In this document: positions 27,861 to 37,713 of the stretch, one piece after another
Layout of the letters: the number at the start of each line of letters is the position of its first letter
Position numbering within the stretch: the stretch's first letter is position 1
From: Candidatus Omnitrophota bacterium
Lineage (GTDB): Bacteria; Omnitrophota; Gorgyraeia; Zapsychrales; Fredricksoniimonadaceae
DNA length: 64,000 nt
Reading direction: 5' to 3'
NCBI GenBank assembly: GCA_963828495.1
Contig: CAWHFJ010000013.1
Span: forward strand, 71,952 to 135,951
The notes under the pieces: generated by a model
What the model was told of the DNA's origin: nothing
Databases searched by the model: none
Seen by the model: only the letters and a program-made list of their open reading frames with translations
Program-made: the position numbers and the translations under genes

Positions 27861-28709
27861 ATGTTGAATAATCAACCGACTTTTTCTTTCGAGCTTTTCC
27901 CCCCTAAAACCGAAGAAGGTTATAAAAAGTTGCTTGCCACCATCCCCCTGTTATGCGCCCTGGGTCCGGATTTCATTTCCTGCACTTACGGGGCCGGAGG
28001 CGGCAGCCGCGAAAAAACCCTGGATATTGTTGCACATATTCAAAACGACCTGCATGTCGCGTCGGTGGCACACCTCACATGTGTTTTGCACACTAAAAAA
28101 GAAATCAAAGATATCCTCAACGAAATGAAACGCCGCGGTATTACCCGTGTGCTGGCCTTACGCGGAGATACGCCCAAAGATAACCCTAACTGGACGCCGC
28201 AAAAAAATAATTTTAAATACAGCTGGGAATTGGTGGCTTTTATCCGGAAGCATTTCGGTGATTATTTCAACATCGGGGTCGCCGGGTTTCCTGAAGGGCA
28301 TATCCTTTGCCCCGACCGCGACCAGGACGCGCGTTATTTAAAAAATAAAATCGACAAAGGCGCGGATTATGTCATCACCCAGCTTTTTTTCAACAACCAG
28401 GATTATTTTGATTATGTGGACCGCTTGAGAAAATTAGGGGTCACCCAACGCATCATCCCGGGCATTTTACCGATTGGTGATTATCCGGGTTTAGTGCGCT
28501 TTTGTGCGGTGTGCGGGGCGTCCATCCCTGAGGCAGTCCACGCTATTTTCAAACCTTTAGCCCGTGACCCTGAGAAAACATTGGCGGCGGGCATTAATTT
28601 TTGCCTAAAACAATGCCGGGATCTGCTCCAAAGAGGCGTTCCCAGCTTACATTTTTACATACTCAATAAAGCACATCCAATTGATGTAATCATTAAAGGA
28701 CTCCGCTAA
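27861..28709 (+). CDS. metF: 5,10-methylenetetrahydrofolate reductase
   Basis: 282-aa ORF with FSFELFPPKT, ISCTYGAGGGSR, HLTC and ALRGD, which are typical MetF motifs. Confidence 0.9.
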   Translation: MLNNQPTFSFELFPPKTEEGYKKLLATIPLLCALGPDFISCTYGAGGGSREKTLDIVAHIQNDLHVASVAHLTCVLHTKKEIKDILNEMKRRGITRVLALRGDTPKDNPNWTPQKNNFKYSWELVAFIRKHFGDYFNIGVAGFPEGHILCPDRDQDARYLKNKIDKGADYVITQLFFNNQDYFDYVDRLRKLGVTQRIIPGILPIGDYPGLVRFCAVCGASIPEAVHAIFKPLARDPEKTLAAGINFCLKQCRDLLQRGVPSLHFYILNKAHPIDVIIKGLR

Positions 28710-28719
28710 GGCCTGTCCT

Positions 28720-29781
28720 TTAACCCCTACCGCCCAACAATAGTCTGCTCAACAGAAAACTTTTTCTAATCAACAGCTTTGAAATCAACATACATAGCCA
28801 CACGAAAAACATAACCAGTAAGGGGGCAAAAACATAAAGAACTACCGGGGAATTAAAATCAAAATAGCTATGCATCTTATAGAGAACTCTGGGATAAATA
28901 CCCTCGACGACACACATTTGAATGATATAAATATCTAAAGCATACGTGCCGATATGCCCTAAAAAGGAAGCTTGTTTGATCTTTGTCAGATACGCTCCCA
29001 TATAAAATAAAATAATGATCCCTAAAAAACCCATGAGATACCTGTACATGATTCTCAAGATCTCATGCCCATACTGATGGGATGCAAAATTCATTTTATT
29101 AATGTAAATATAATCCTGCGTCGTCCAATAAGGCAGCAGCCCTATAAACAGGGCCAATGTTATAAAAAATACCGCCGTTGGGATGGCTTGAGGTGTCCCC
29201 CTTAAATCATAGGCATGGATAAAGTATCCGGCTAAAAAGAACAAGTAAAACCATTTAATATAATAAAAACAGAAATAATCGTTATACGGAATAATCAGTA
29301 TAAAAACATAGATGCCTAAAAAAATGGCCGGGCCCAACCGCTTGGCCCAATGAATGGCATATAACAATAAAGAGCTCAATATAAACAAAGTGAACAAAAA
29401 CCACACCGAAGGCTTTAATAATAATTGATCGAGCAAATCCTGTAGAAAATTAACAACCCCCCTGTTATTCCCGAATATGATATTAAGGCCATAACTGACT
29501 ATAATGCCCAGGATCGTCAACGACACAAATGGGACGAGCAAGCTGTCAAACTTGCGTTTAAAGACCTCGCTCGGAGGTCTTCTGCCTAAACTCAATGCCA
29601 TCAGATAGCCGCTGATGAACACAAACAAGGGCATGTGAAAAGTATAAATAACCTTAAAAACCGGATTTAAGAAAAAATCCCCTCCCTGGGGAGCCATCCC
29701 ATGCTCAATGACATGGCCATAAACAACCAGGATGATGGCCATGCCCTTGACTATATCTATGGTAGGATTTTTATTTTTCAT
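28720..29781 (-). CDS. acyltransferase family 3 (OafA/YrhL-like) integral membrane protein
   Basis: PTIDIVKGMAIILVVYGHV and about 10 TM segments. The start is set at MKNKNPT (29781); the track ORF extends to 29838. Confidence 0.75.
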   Translation of the reverse strand: MKNKNPTIDIVKGMAIILVVYGHVIEHGMAPQGGDFFLNPVFKVIYTFHMPLFVFISGYLMALSLGRRPPSEVFKRKFDSLLVPFVSLTILGIIVSYGLNIIFGNNRGVVNFLQDLLDQLLLKPSVWFLFTLFILSSLLLYAIHWAKRLGPAIFLGIYVFILIIPYNDYFCFYYIKWFYLFFLAGYFIHAYDLRGTPQAIPTAVFFITLALFIGLLPYWTTQDYIYINKMNFASHQYGHEILRIMYRYLMGFLGIIILFYMGAYLTKIKQASFLGHIGTYALDIYIIQMCVVEGIYPRVLYKMHSYFDFNSPVVLYVFAPLLVMFFVWLCMLISKLLIRKSFLLSRLLLGGRG

Positions 29782-29789
29782 TGGAGAAT

Positions 29790-31595
29790 TTATCCAAGAC
29801 TCCCGTAAGCAAAAACAGCCATTATGTAGACAATACAAGCAGCTAACAAAACAAAATTAAAACCCATAAACTGCGCAATGATGATGGCCAACATGGATCC
29901 CAGAACACTGAAACCACAATTAATCCCCCAAGCCCATGGCATAAGCCCAGGATCCCTTTTCGAGATCGCCTTAAGCCCTGTTGGGAAAAATAATCCCAAA
30001 AAGCATCCTGCCGGAGCGAGCAAAATGATTATTAACAAAATGCGTGCCCATAAAGGCCATGCCATAATGCCTTCCAAGAATAAAGTCATATTTAAAAAAG
30101 AAAATATTAAAAATAGAACCCCTATTATCATAAAACGAATGAACCCCACACTCCATTTTTTTATAATATCCCTCACCAACGGTAAAAGATAACTACCCAT
30201 ACCCGTCCAAAATAAAAGCCCAGCTAATACAACAGAAATGGAATAGATCGGGCTTCCAAGAAATAAAACAAATTTTTGCATTAAGGGGATTTCAACAAAC
30301 ATATACCCTAAACCAAGACACGCAAAATAGGCTATAAAATACCCTGCTCTCAATCCCGATAACGACGAATCCACACGTTTAAACATCCCCAAAGGCACAA
30401 AAATAAAAAGAGTAATAAATAAAACTGCTTGAAGTAATACAAAACATTGTGTCCAGAATATAATTGGCCCTGTGTGATGGTATATGGTAGGGTTAATCAA
30501 ATAATCCCAATAAAACTTATAATATTTATAAAAAAAAGGCTTATCGTCTGTCACCACAGAAATATCATAGGGATAGGAGCTCATGAACTGTCGGGATTTC
30601 CCATCACGGTAAGCTTGTGCGTAAAGGTTAAAGAACCTGAACGGGTCGTTCGGTCCCATTTTATTAGGAAAAAGAAGTCTTCCTTTACGTTCACTGGCGT
30701 AGGTTGACAAAACTTCTATCTCTTCTGCCGTAAAAGGAGTTTTGCGAACAAGCGTAAGTCCCCATGTATTGGCATCGAAAATCAACACATTGTCCCAGGG
30801 ATGCTCAATGCCCATTTCCTTCAAAGCTTGAAACGCCATAGCCTCGAGTCGCAAGGTCTCACGAGGTGGCTTAAAAAGCCACCTAAAGAAACACAACACG
30901 CCTTTATCATTCATAATCCGCAGATAATCTTTCAATGCCTCTTTAGTGTACAAATAACTTTCCGCATAGGCATACGCCCCAGAAGAAAGGCCATTAAAGG
31001 TATCGACACCATTTAAGATAATATAATCGAATTTTCCTGATGGTTGCGTTTTGACAAGATGACGGGCATCAACAGGATAAATGTTCCCTTGATCATAAAT
31101 TTTTCCCGAATAAATGTAAGCAGCGCCGCCTTTAGACATGTTCCTAACAATCTCTGTATTAACCTCGGCCCCAATAACCTCTTTGGCCCCATGCGTACGG
31201 GCCATAAAAATATCGCGCCCGCCACCGGCCCCAATAACAAAAACTTTGGGATTTTTTAATAATAAATAGGGAAGCTCAACAATCGTACTGAATGATTGTG
31301 TTTTAAATGGTGTTCCCTTCCGACCAAGCACCTCATAACGATAAACCGGTGTCCCTGACAGAAAATTGGTGACAAAATAAGCAAATTCAGGATGGGGTTC
31401 GATATTGACCTGAAAAGGAATGGTAGAATAAAAAAAAGACGAGCGGAATTCTTGGCCTTTCATTCTATAAAGATCTGTTCTGCCTAAAGGCTGCCAATGG
31501 GAGGACAACAAATCATAACTTTGTTGAGAAAAATATCCAGGGATCCATTCCCAACCTTTTTGAGGATCAACCGAATACGCCAACGGTTCTGGCAT
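29790..31595 (-). CDS. spermidine-synthase-like (class I methyltransferase fold) domain fused to a C-terminal polytopic membrane domain
   Basis: 601-aa ORF with VFVIGAGGGRDI...GAEVN...YIILNGVD (SpeE-like) followed by about 7 TM segments. Confidence 0.65.
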   Translation of the reverse strand: MPEPLAYSVDPQKGWEWIPGYFSQQSYDLLSSHWQPLGRTDLYRMKGQEFRSSFFYSTIPFQVNIEPHPEFAYFVTNFLSGTPVYRYEVLGRKGTPFKTQSFSTIVELPYLLLKNPKVFVIGAGGGRDIFMARTHGAKEVIGAEVNTEIVRNMSKGGAAYIYSGKIYDQGNIYPVDARHLVKTQPSGKFDYIILNGVDTFNGLSSGAYAYAESYLYTKEALKDYLRIMNDKGVLCFFRWLFKPPRETLRLEAMAFQALKEMGIEHPWDNVLIFDANTWGLTLVRKTPFTAEEIEVLSTYASERKGRLLFPNKMGPNDPFRFFNLYAQAYRDGKSRQFMSSYPYDISVVTDDKPFFYKYYKFYWDYLINPTIYHHTGPIIFWTQCFVLLQAVLFITLFIFVPLGMFKRVDSSLSGLRAGYFIAYFACLGLGYMFVEIPLMQKFVLFLGSPIYSISVVLAGLLFWTGMGSYLLPLVRDIIKKWSVGFIRFMIIGVLFLIFSFLNMTLFLEGIMAWPLWARILLIIILLAPAGCFLGLFFPTGLKAISKRDPGLMPWAWGINCGFSVLGSMLAIIIAQFMGFNFVLLAACIVYIMAVFAYGSLG

Positions 31596-32208
31596 CCTTA
31601 AAACCCAAATTTAATAAAAGGAGCGTCAATAGCATCAGAACAATGCTAAGTTTTTTAAGCCATAAATAACTGCCGACAAAAAATAAAACAATTGAAAGGA
31701 TTAAGATAGAATGAAAGACTTCAAAATGGTGGATCATAAAGAAAAATGCACCTGCCCCCAGGCTAGCTCCAATCAAATCTACAAAATATAACCAGTGAGA
31801 CTTAAGATGATTCTTTCGAAACAAATACACAACGACGAAACCCATCACCGTAAATGGCAACATAAAAAGAATATACGCCTTAAGCAACATCCCAATGGCA
31901 TCAAAATTCTTAAAAGCATTTAACAAATAGTCGACTTGGATGGGTAACGAAATAAAATTAACAAAAACAAAAATCGTTATTAACGAAAGCATGATCAGAG
32001 ACAGGCCCAAAAGACGGCGAGGATCTAGTTTCAAAAAAAAGCCGTCTTTAATAAGAAGGATGTTGGCTCCTATCCCATAGCCTAGGATCGCAAATGGTAT
32101 AACCGTATAAACAACATGATTCCACGCTTTCAAACCGAGGATGCAAGTTAAAAATAATTCCAATAATATACATACAAAAGACACTATAAAAATTACAACA
32201 TAATTCAT
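31567..32208 (-). CDS. polytopic membrane protein, probably the N-terminal membrane module of the downstream SpeE-like protein
   Basis: 213-aa ORF, essentially all TM segments. It overlaps the next ORF by 29 nt in another frame. Confidence 0.55.
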   Translation of the reverse strand: MNYVVIFIVSFVCILLELFLTCILGLKAWNHVVYTVIPFAILGYGIGANILLIKDGFFLKLDPRRLLGLSLIMLSLITIFVFVNFISLPIQVDYLLNAFKNFDAIGMLLKAYILFMLPFTVMGFVVVYLFRKNHLKSHWLYFVDLIGASLGAGAFFFMIHHFEVFHSILILSIVLFFVGSYLWLKKLSIVLMLLTLLLLNLGFKDARTVGVFG

Positions 32209-32270
32209 GTAGTCTCCCTTAACCGATTTTCCTACAGCGGAAATAATTGCCTATCGATCAATTTAAAATC

Positions 32271-32299
32271 AGTATAAAGACCATCTATAGGGCATTCAA
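32271..32299 (-). promoter_or_regulatory. sigma70-like promoter TTGAAT-17 nt-TATACT
   Basis: On the minus strand, -35 is at 32299-32294 and -10 at 32276-32271. It lies downstream of the gap terminator and upstream of AAGGGAG-ACTAC-ATG (32208). Confidence 0.45.
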
Positions 32300-32311
32300 G
32301 AATAATATAAG

Positions 32312-32350
32312 AAAAAGGCCAGCTTCGTTTTTAGCGTAACTGGCCTTTTT
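32312..32350 (-). terminator. rho-independent terminator after gap
   Basis: On the minus strand, AAAAAGGCCAG-(17-nt loop)-CTGGCCTTTTTC. The stem GGCCAG/CTGGCC is followed by a T5 run, 53 nt after the gap stop. Confidence 0.7.
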
Positions 32351-32402
32351 CATCTGGCATAGATTGGTTTTTGCGAATTTCGTGCTGTTTTGACAACTTT
32401 AT

Positions 32403-33832
<1,430 letters not shown>

Positions 33833-33916
33833 AAACCAGCAACCACCGGAAAAAACGCATAGAACAACACCAGTGCCATTTGAAGAAATTTAAGAGAAAA
33901 TTTCATATCTCTAAAA

Positions 33917-33997
33917 TTACCCCTTCCCTGGTTTGGCGCCGTGATTGGCTTTTTTGGAACGCCAATTTAATTTCCCCTTACGTAATCTTTTACTCAT
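33917..33997 (-). CDS. 26-aa highly basic micro-protein MSKRLRKGKLNWRSKKANHGAKPGKG (possible bL37-like small ribosomal protein)
   Basis: My own translation; it is too short for the ORF track. It has an ATG start and GGGAGGG 5 nt upstream. 11 of 26 residues are K/R/H. Confidence 0.5.
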   Translation of the reverse strand: MSKRLRKGKLNWRSKKANHGAKPGKG

Positions 33998-34691
33998 AAC
34001 ATCCCTCCCTAACCCTCCCCATCAAGGGGAGGGAATTTATGACTTTTCTAAGTAGACTCATTCTACCGATAATTCTCCAAGGTTTCAAACTTTTTAATTC
34101 TTTCTTTGAACTCGACCCTGTGGCGACCGCGACCATGCGTATCCCTGCCGCACGGGCACACCGAAGGTCAATGGTCATGTCCCCGACATACAAAACCTCT
34201 GCTCGATTGCTCCCCAGACGCTTGGCAATGGTCCATAATATATCCGGGTAAGGTTTGGGACGATCGACACCATCCGCGCAAAGCACATCATCAAAAAGTT
34301 CCCATGCCCCCAAAACCTTTAAAATGATACGCGTAAATTTGGTCGGCCGATTGCTGGCAATGGCAATTTTATACCCATGGTTTTTTAAAAATTTTAAAGT
34401 CCCTAACGCCCCGGGCAAAAACCGCACCATGCCTTTGGACTTTAAAACTTTCGCATGATGCGGCCTGTAGATCGCCAGCGCAGCATCTGTCCGCTTGGGG
34501 CCGACGAACTTCATCACCAGCCGCCGGTCACCTTCCCCGACACTGCGTTTGATTTCAGCATGGGAACGAGGTCCCAACCCCAAAACCTTTAACGTATAAT
34601 TAACACTTTTGGCTACCGCCGGATACGCGTTAACCAAGGTGCCGTCCAAATCAAAAATAACTAATTTAATCAAAAGGCCCTGTTCCTTCAA
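33990..34691 (-). CDS. HAD-superfamily hydrolase (phosphoglycolate-phosphatase-like)
   Basis: 233-aa ORF with LVIFDLDGTLVNA (motif I), IASNR (motif II) and YVGDMTID (motif IV). Confidence 0.8.
   Translation of the reverse strand: MKEQGLLIKLVIFDLDGTLVNAYPAVAKSVNYTLKVLGLGPRSHAEIKRSVGEGDRRLVMKFVGPKRTDAALAIYRPHHAKVLKSKGMVRFLPGALGTLKFLKNHGYKIAIASNRPTKFTRIILKVLGAWELFDDVLCADGVDRPKPYPDILWTIAKRLGSNRAEVLYVGDMTIDLRCARAAGIRMVAVATGSSSKKELKSLKPWRIIGRMSLLRKVINSLPLMGRVREGCYE
34003..34033 (-). promoter_or_regulatory. anti-SD / decoy-SD / SD arrangement: CCCTCCCC-TTGAT-GGGGAGGG-TTA-GGGAGGG
   Basis: Read directly on the minus strand. An 8-bp GC hairpin sits immediately upstream of the micro-ORF's Shine-Dalgarno. 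The CCCTCCC arm is complementary to both G-rich elements. Confidence 0.4.
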
Positions 34692-34712
34692 AGTCGTAAG
34701 GTTATCTCATCG

Positions 34713-34877
34713 CTAAAAACTGGAGGCAAATAAAACAACTAGCCCACCAACCGCCAGAAGCGCTCCGATCGTACCTTTAAACAGCACAACCACCGCCCCC
34801 CACTGTCGGTAAATGAGAGTCACCCCTGTGATCGTCAGACCGAATCCGGCTATGAATGTCATCACTTTACGTCCCAT
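34713..34877 (-). CDS. small two-TM membrane protein (hypothetical)
   Basis: The internal start MGRKVMTFIAGFGLTITGV... has GAGGG 3 nt upstream. The track ORF (to 34976) would overlap the upstream gene by 110 nt. Confidence 0.4.
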   Translation of the reverse strand: MGRKVMTFIAGFGLTITGVTLIYRQWGAVVVLFKGTIGALLAVGGLVVLFASSF

Positions 34878-35824
34878 GGACCCTCGCTTTTTCTTGAGGT
34901 GGTGACGGAGGACGGCTTTTCCAGCGACGGTGCATCCAACCCCACTCTCTGGGATACTTACGGATATACCCTTCAATAACGTTCGTCAGCTTTTGCACAT
35001 TGTATTGAATAGTTTCTTCGTCTGTTGATTTTTGTTCCAAATAAAAATGCGGCTCAATGATCAGGGTATGACAATCGCCATCATCCCGGCGCAGGGTGAA
35101 AATCGGCAATAAGGGGGCCCCTGTACGCATGGCGAAAATAATCGGACCTGTGGCTGTCCCTGCTTTCTGACCAAAAAAATCAACATAGACCCCGGACTTG
35201 CTGCCGGTGTTCTGGTCCATCAAAACTACCAATAATTCTTTATCGCGCAAAACTTTCAGCGACTGGGCCACACACGCCTCGCGCGGGTAACTATGCACGG
35301 TCTTGAGTCCGAGGCGGGAACGGGACGCCTGAAAATCCTTTTCAATGATGGGATCCCTGCTGGGACGAATAATGGCATTTGTCGGATACCCCATCTGTGC
35401 TAAATAAAGCAACATTAAAGGGAAATTACCAAAATGTGCAGAAATACCGATGACGCCACGCCCCTCTTTGGAGGGCGGCATCCAAATGTTGACGGGAATC
35501 GCCTGTAAAAGAAAAAGTCTCCTTAATCAAAGAAGGGCGTTCTGTGAAAACACCCAGCTCAATGACCCCGCGCCCGGCATTATAAAAACATGCCTTACAA
35601 ATTTCTTCCAATTGGTCGCGGGATTTTTCCTGGCCCAACGCAATGGTTAACGTATTCATGGCGGTGGTGCGCATACGCCGCAGGACACCATAAGCTATAG
35701 CCAAAAGCCCCCCTGTCATGGCCTTGATCGTGCTATAAGGCAAAACCCTAAACAGCCAGGAAAAAAAATAAAAAACCCAGCGCACAAGGGTCCTCTCAAT
35801 TTTTTTCTTCACATCTTTCAACAT
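34867..35824 (-). pseudogene. LpxL/HtrB-family lipid A (Kdo2-lipid IVA) acyltransferase, frame broken at a G4 run
   Basis: The 132-aa ORF is the N-terminal part (…NTLTIALGQEKS…) and the 204-aa ORF is the catalytic part (GVIGISAHFGNFPLM, VVLMDQNTG). They overlap by 56 nt. Removing one G at 35461-35464 gives a continuous ...LDAALQRGRGVIGISAHFGNF... Confidence 0.8.
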
Positions 35825-35826
35825 GA

Positions 35827-36195
35827 TTATTGTCCGATAATACTACTGACCGTTTGCAATAATTCTGACGGATTGACCGGTTTTGTCAGGTGGGTGATGG
35901 CCCCTGCTTCCAACTCGGCCTTGATATCATCTTCGGAGTCCTTGGCCGTTAAAAAAATAACCGCAGTACTTTTAAGCACATCATAGGCTTTAATCTTCCT
36001 GCATAAATCTCTGCCCTTGATCCCGGGCATAATAACGTCCAAAATAATCAAATCCGGACGATCGCTAAGGGCCAAAAGTAACGCCTGCTCGCCGGTTTTT
36101 GCAGAAACCACGGTATACCCGGCTTTGCTTAAAATAGGAACAATAACCACATGCGCGCCCGGATCATCATCAACCAATAAAATTTTTTTAGCCAT
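35827..36195 (-). CDS. single-domain response regulator (CheY-like receiver)
   Basis: 122-aa ORF with ILLVDDDPG, DLIILDVIMPG (phospho-acceptor Asp) and LTAKD. Confidence 0.85.
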   Translation of the reverse strand: MAKKILLVDDDPGAHVVIVPILSKAGYTVVSAKTGEQALLLALSDRPDLIILDVIMPGIKGRDLCRKIKAYDVLKSTAVIFLTAKDSEDDIKAELEAGAITHLTKPVNPSELLQTVSSIIGQ

Positions 36196-36204
36196 ATGCG
36201 CTCC

Positions 36205-37713
36205 TTAAATATATTTTCTCAATATCCCTGCCACTAATATACACAAAAAACACAAGATAGTAAAAACATCTCCGTATTTTGTATAAAAAGTCTTTCCCTG
36301 ATTTAAAGGGAGTGTGCCCCACCTCGTAGCTTCCACAAAAGCTTTCTTCCCGTGATCGTCAGCAACGACCTGAACAATACGACCATAGGGATCCACCAAG
36401 GCACTGACCCCCGTATTGGCCGCGCGTACCAGCGAACGCCGGTTTTCCACACAGCCCAACACCGCGGCCTGCAAATGTAAAAACGGCGCCTTGGTGTCTT
36501 TAAACCACGCGTCATTGGTCATGTTGACAAAGAATTCAGCTCCGGCTGTCGTGAAATGGCGGCGCAAATACCCTAACGTATCTTCAAAACAAATAAACAC
36601 CCCAAACAGCTTGTGGTCACCCGTGACTGAAAAAATTTTATACGCTTGGCCTGAAGTAAAATCATCCAGCGGAACAAAAATATTGATCCATCCTAAAATC
36701 GGCCTTAACGGTAAATATTCGCCGAAAGGAACCAGATGAATTTTATCATAACGGCCCTGAATTTGTCCATCCGCTCCGATCAAAAACGCGGAATTATAAT
36801 AATGCCCCCTTTCTTGGGCCTCGCAACCGATAAGAATCGGCACCTGCCAACGCCGTGCGGTCTGCCGGATGTCCTCCACTAAAAGAGCATTGTCATCGTC
36901 ACTGATGACCCCCGGCAGTGATGTTTCCGGCCAGACGATCAGATCAAGTTTTTTGCCCTCCAGCTGCCTAGTCAATTGCAAGGTATGCGCCACGATCCAA
37001 GGTTTGCGCGTCTGGTCCCAATTGATCTCTAAAGGAATATTGGGCTGGACCACGCCTACATTCACCGTTCTATAATGCTTTTTTTGTCCGGTCATCCACG
37101 CCCCGTAAATCAAAACCAGCGATAAAATGACGACCACAGATACCTGTGCCCTCAACAAGGCCTGACGCGCGCGATCGTCTTTTGTCACCATCGCCCGCCA
37201 TGTTTCAAAAAATAAAAGATTGACTAAAATAACCAAAAACGACACCCCGTAGACACCCGTCGTGTCGGCGATTTGAATAAACAAGAGATTTTTATACTGG
37301 GCATGCCCCAGCATCACCCAACCAAAACCGGTCAACACATGCGCACGGAGGTATTCCAGGGCCACCCAACCTGACGACAAAACAAAAATGCGCGGGGTTG
37401 TAGGCAATTTCTGGAAATAGACAAACATCACCCCAAAGAGGGCAAAATAAAGGGCCAGGAAAGCGATTAACAGAATGGCGCCCGGATACGTGACATAGAC
37501 AAGCCATCCGAGGGTGCCAAAGAAAAATAAAAATCCGCACAGGTAAGCGCGCCTGAACGCCCGCGCAGGCGTCTGTCCGTCAAGAGCACCAAAAAGCGGC
37601 ACCAGAGCCATCCAGACCAAGAACGACCATTCAATCTTGGGGAAGGACAATACTAAAAGGATTGCGGATAAAAAACAGGATAAAAATGCCATCAGCTTTA
37701 CACCCCGCAGCAT
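36205..37713 (-). CDS. lnt: apolipoprotein N-acyltransferase
   Basis: 502-aa ORF. The N-terminal part has multiple TM segments. The C-terminal CN-hydrolase domain has [10 protein letters not shown] and VFICFEDT (catalytic Cys). Confidence 0.85.
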   Translation of the reverse strand: MLRGVKLMAFLSCFLSAILLVLSFPKIEWSFLVWMALVPLFGALDGQTPARAFRRAYLCGFLFFFGTLGWLVYVTYPGAILLIAFLALYFALFGVMFVYFQKLPTTPRIFVLSSGWVALEYLRAHVLTGFGWVMLGHAQYKNLLFIQIADTTGVYGVSFLVILVNLLFFETWRAMVTKDDRARQALLRAQVSVVVILSLVLIYGAWMTGQKKHYRTVNVGVVQPNIPLEINWDQTRKPWIVAHTLQLTRQLEGKKLDLIVWPETSLPGVISDDDNALLVEDIRQTARRWQVPILIGCEAQERGHYYNSAFLIGADGQIQGRYDKIHLVPFGEYLPLRPILGWINIFVPLDDFTSGQAYKIFSVTGDHKLFGVFICFEDTLGYLRRHFTTAGAEFFVNMTNDAWFKDTKAPFLHLQAAVLGCVENRRSLVRAANTGVSALVDPYGRIVQVVADDHGKKAFVEATRWGTLPLNQGKTFYTKYGDVFTILCFLCILVAGILRKYI

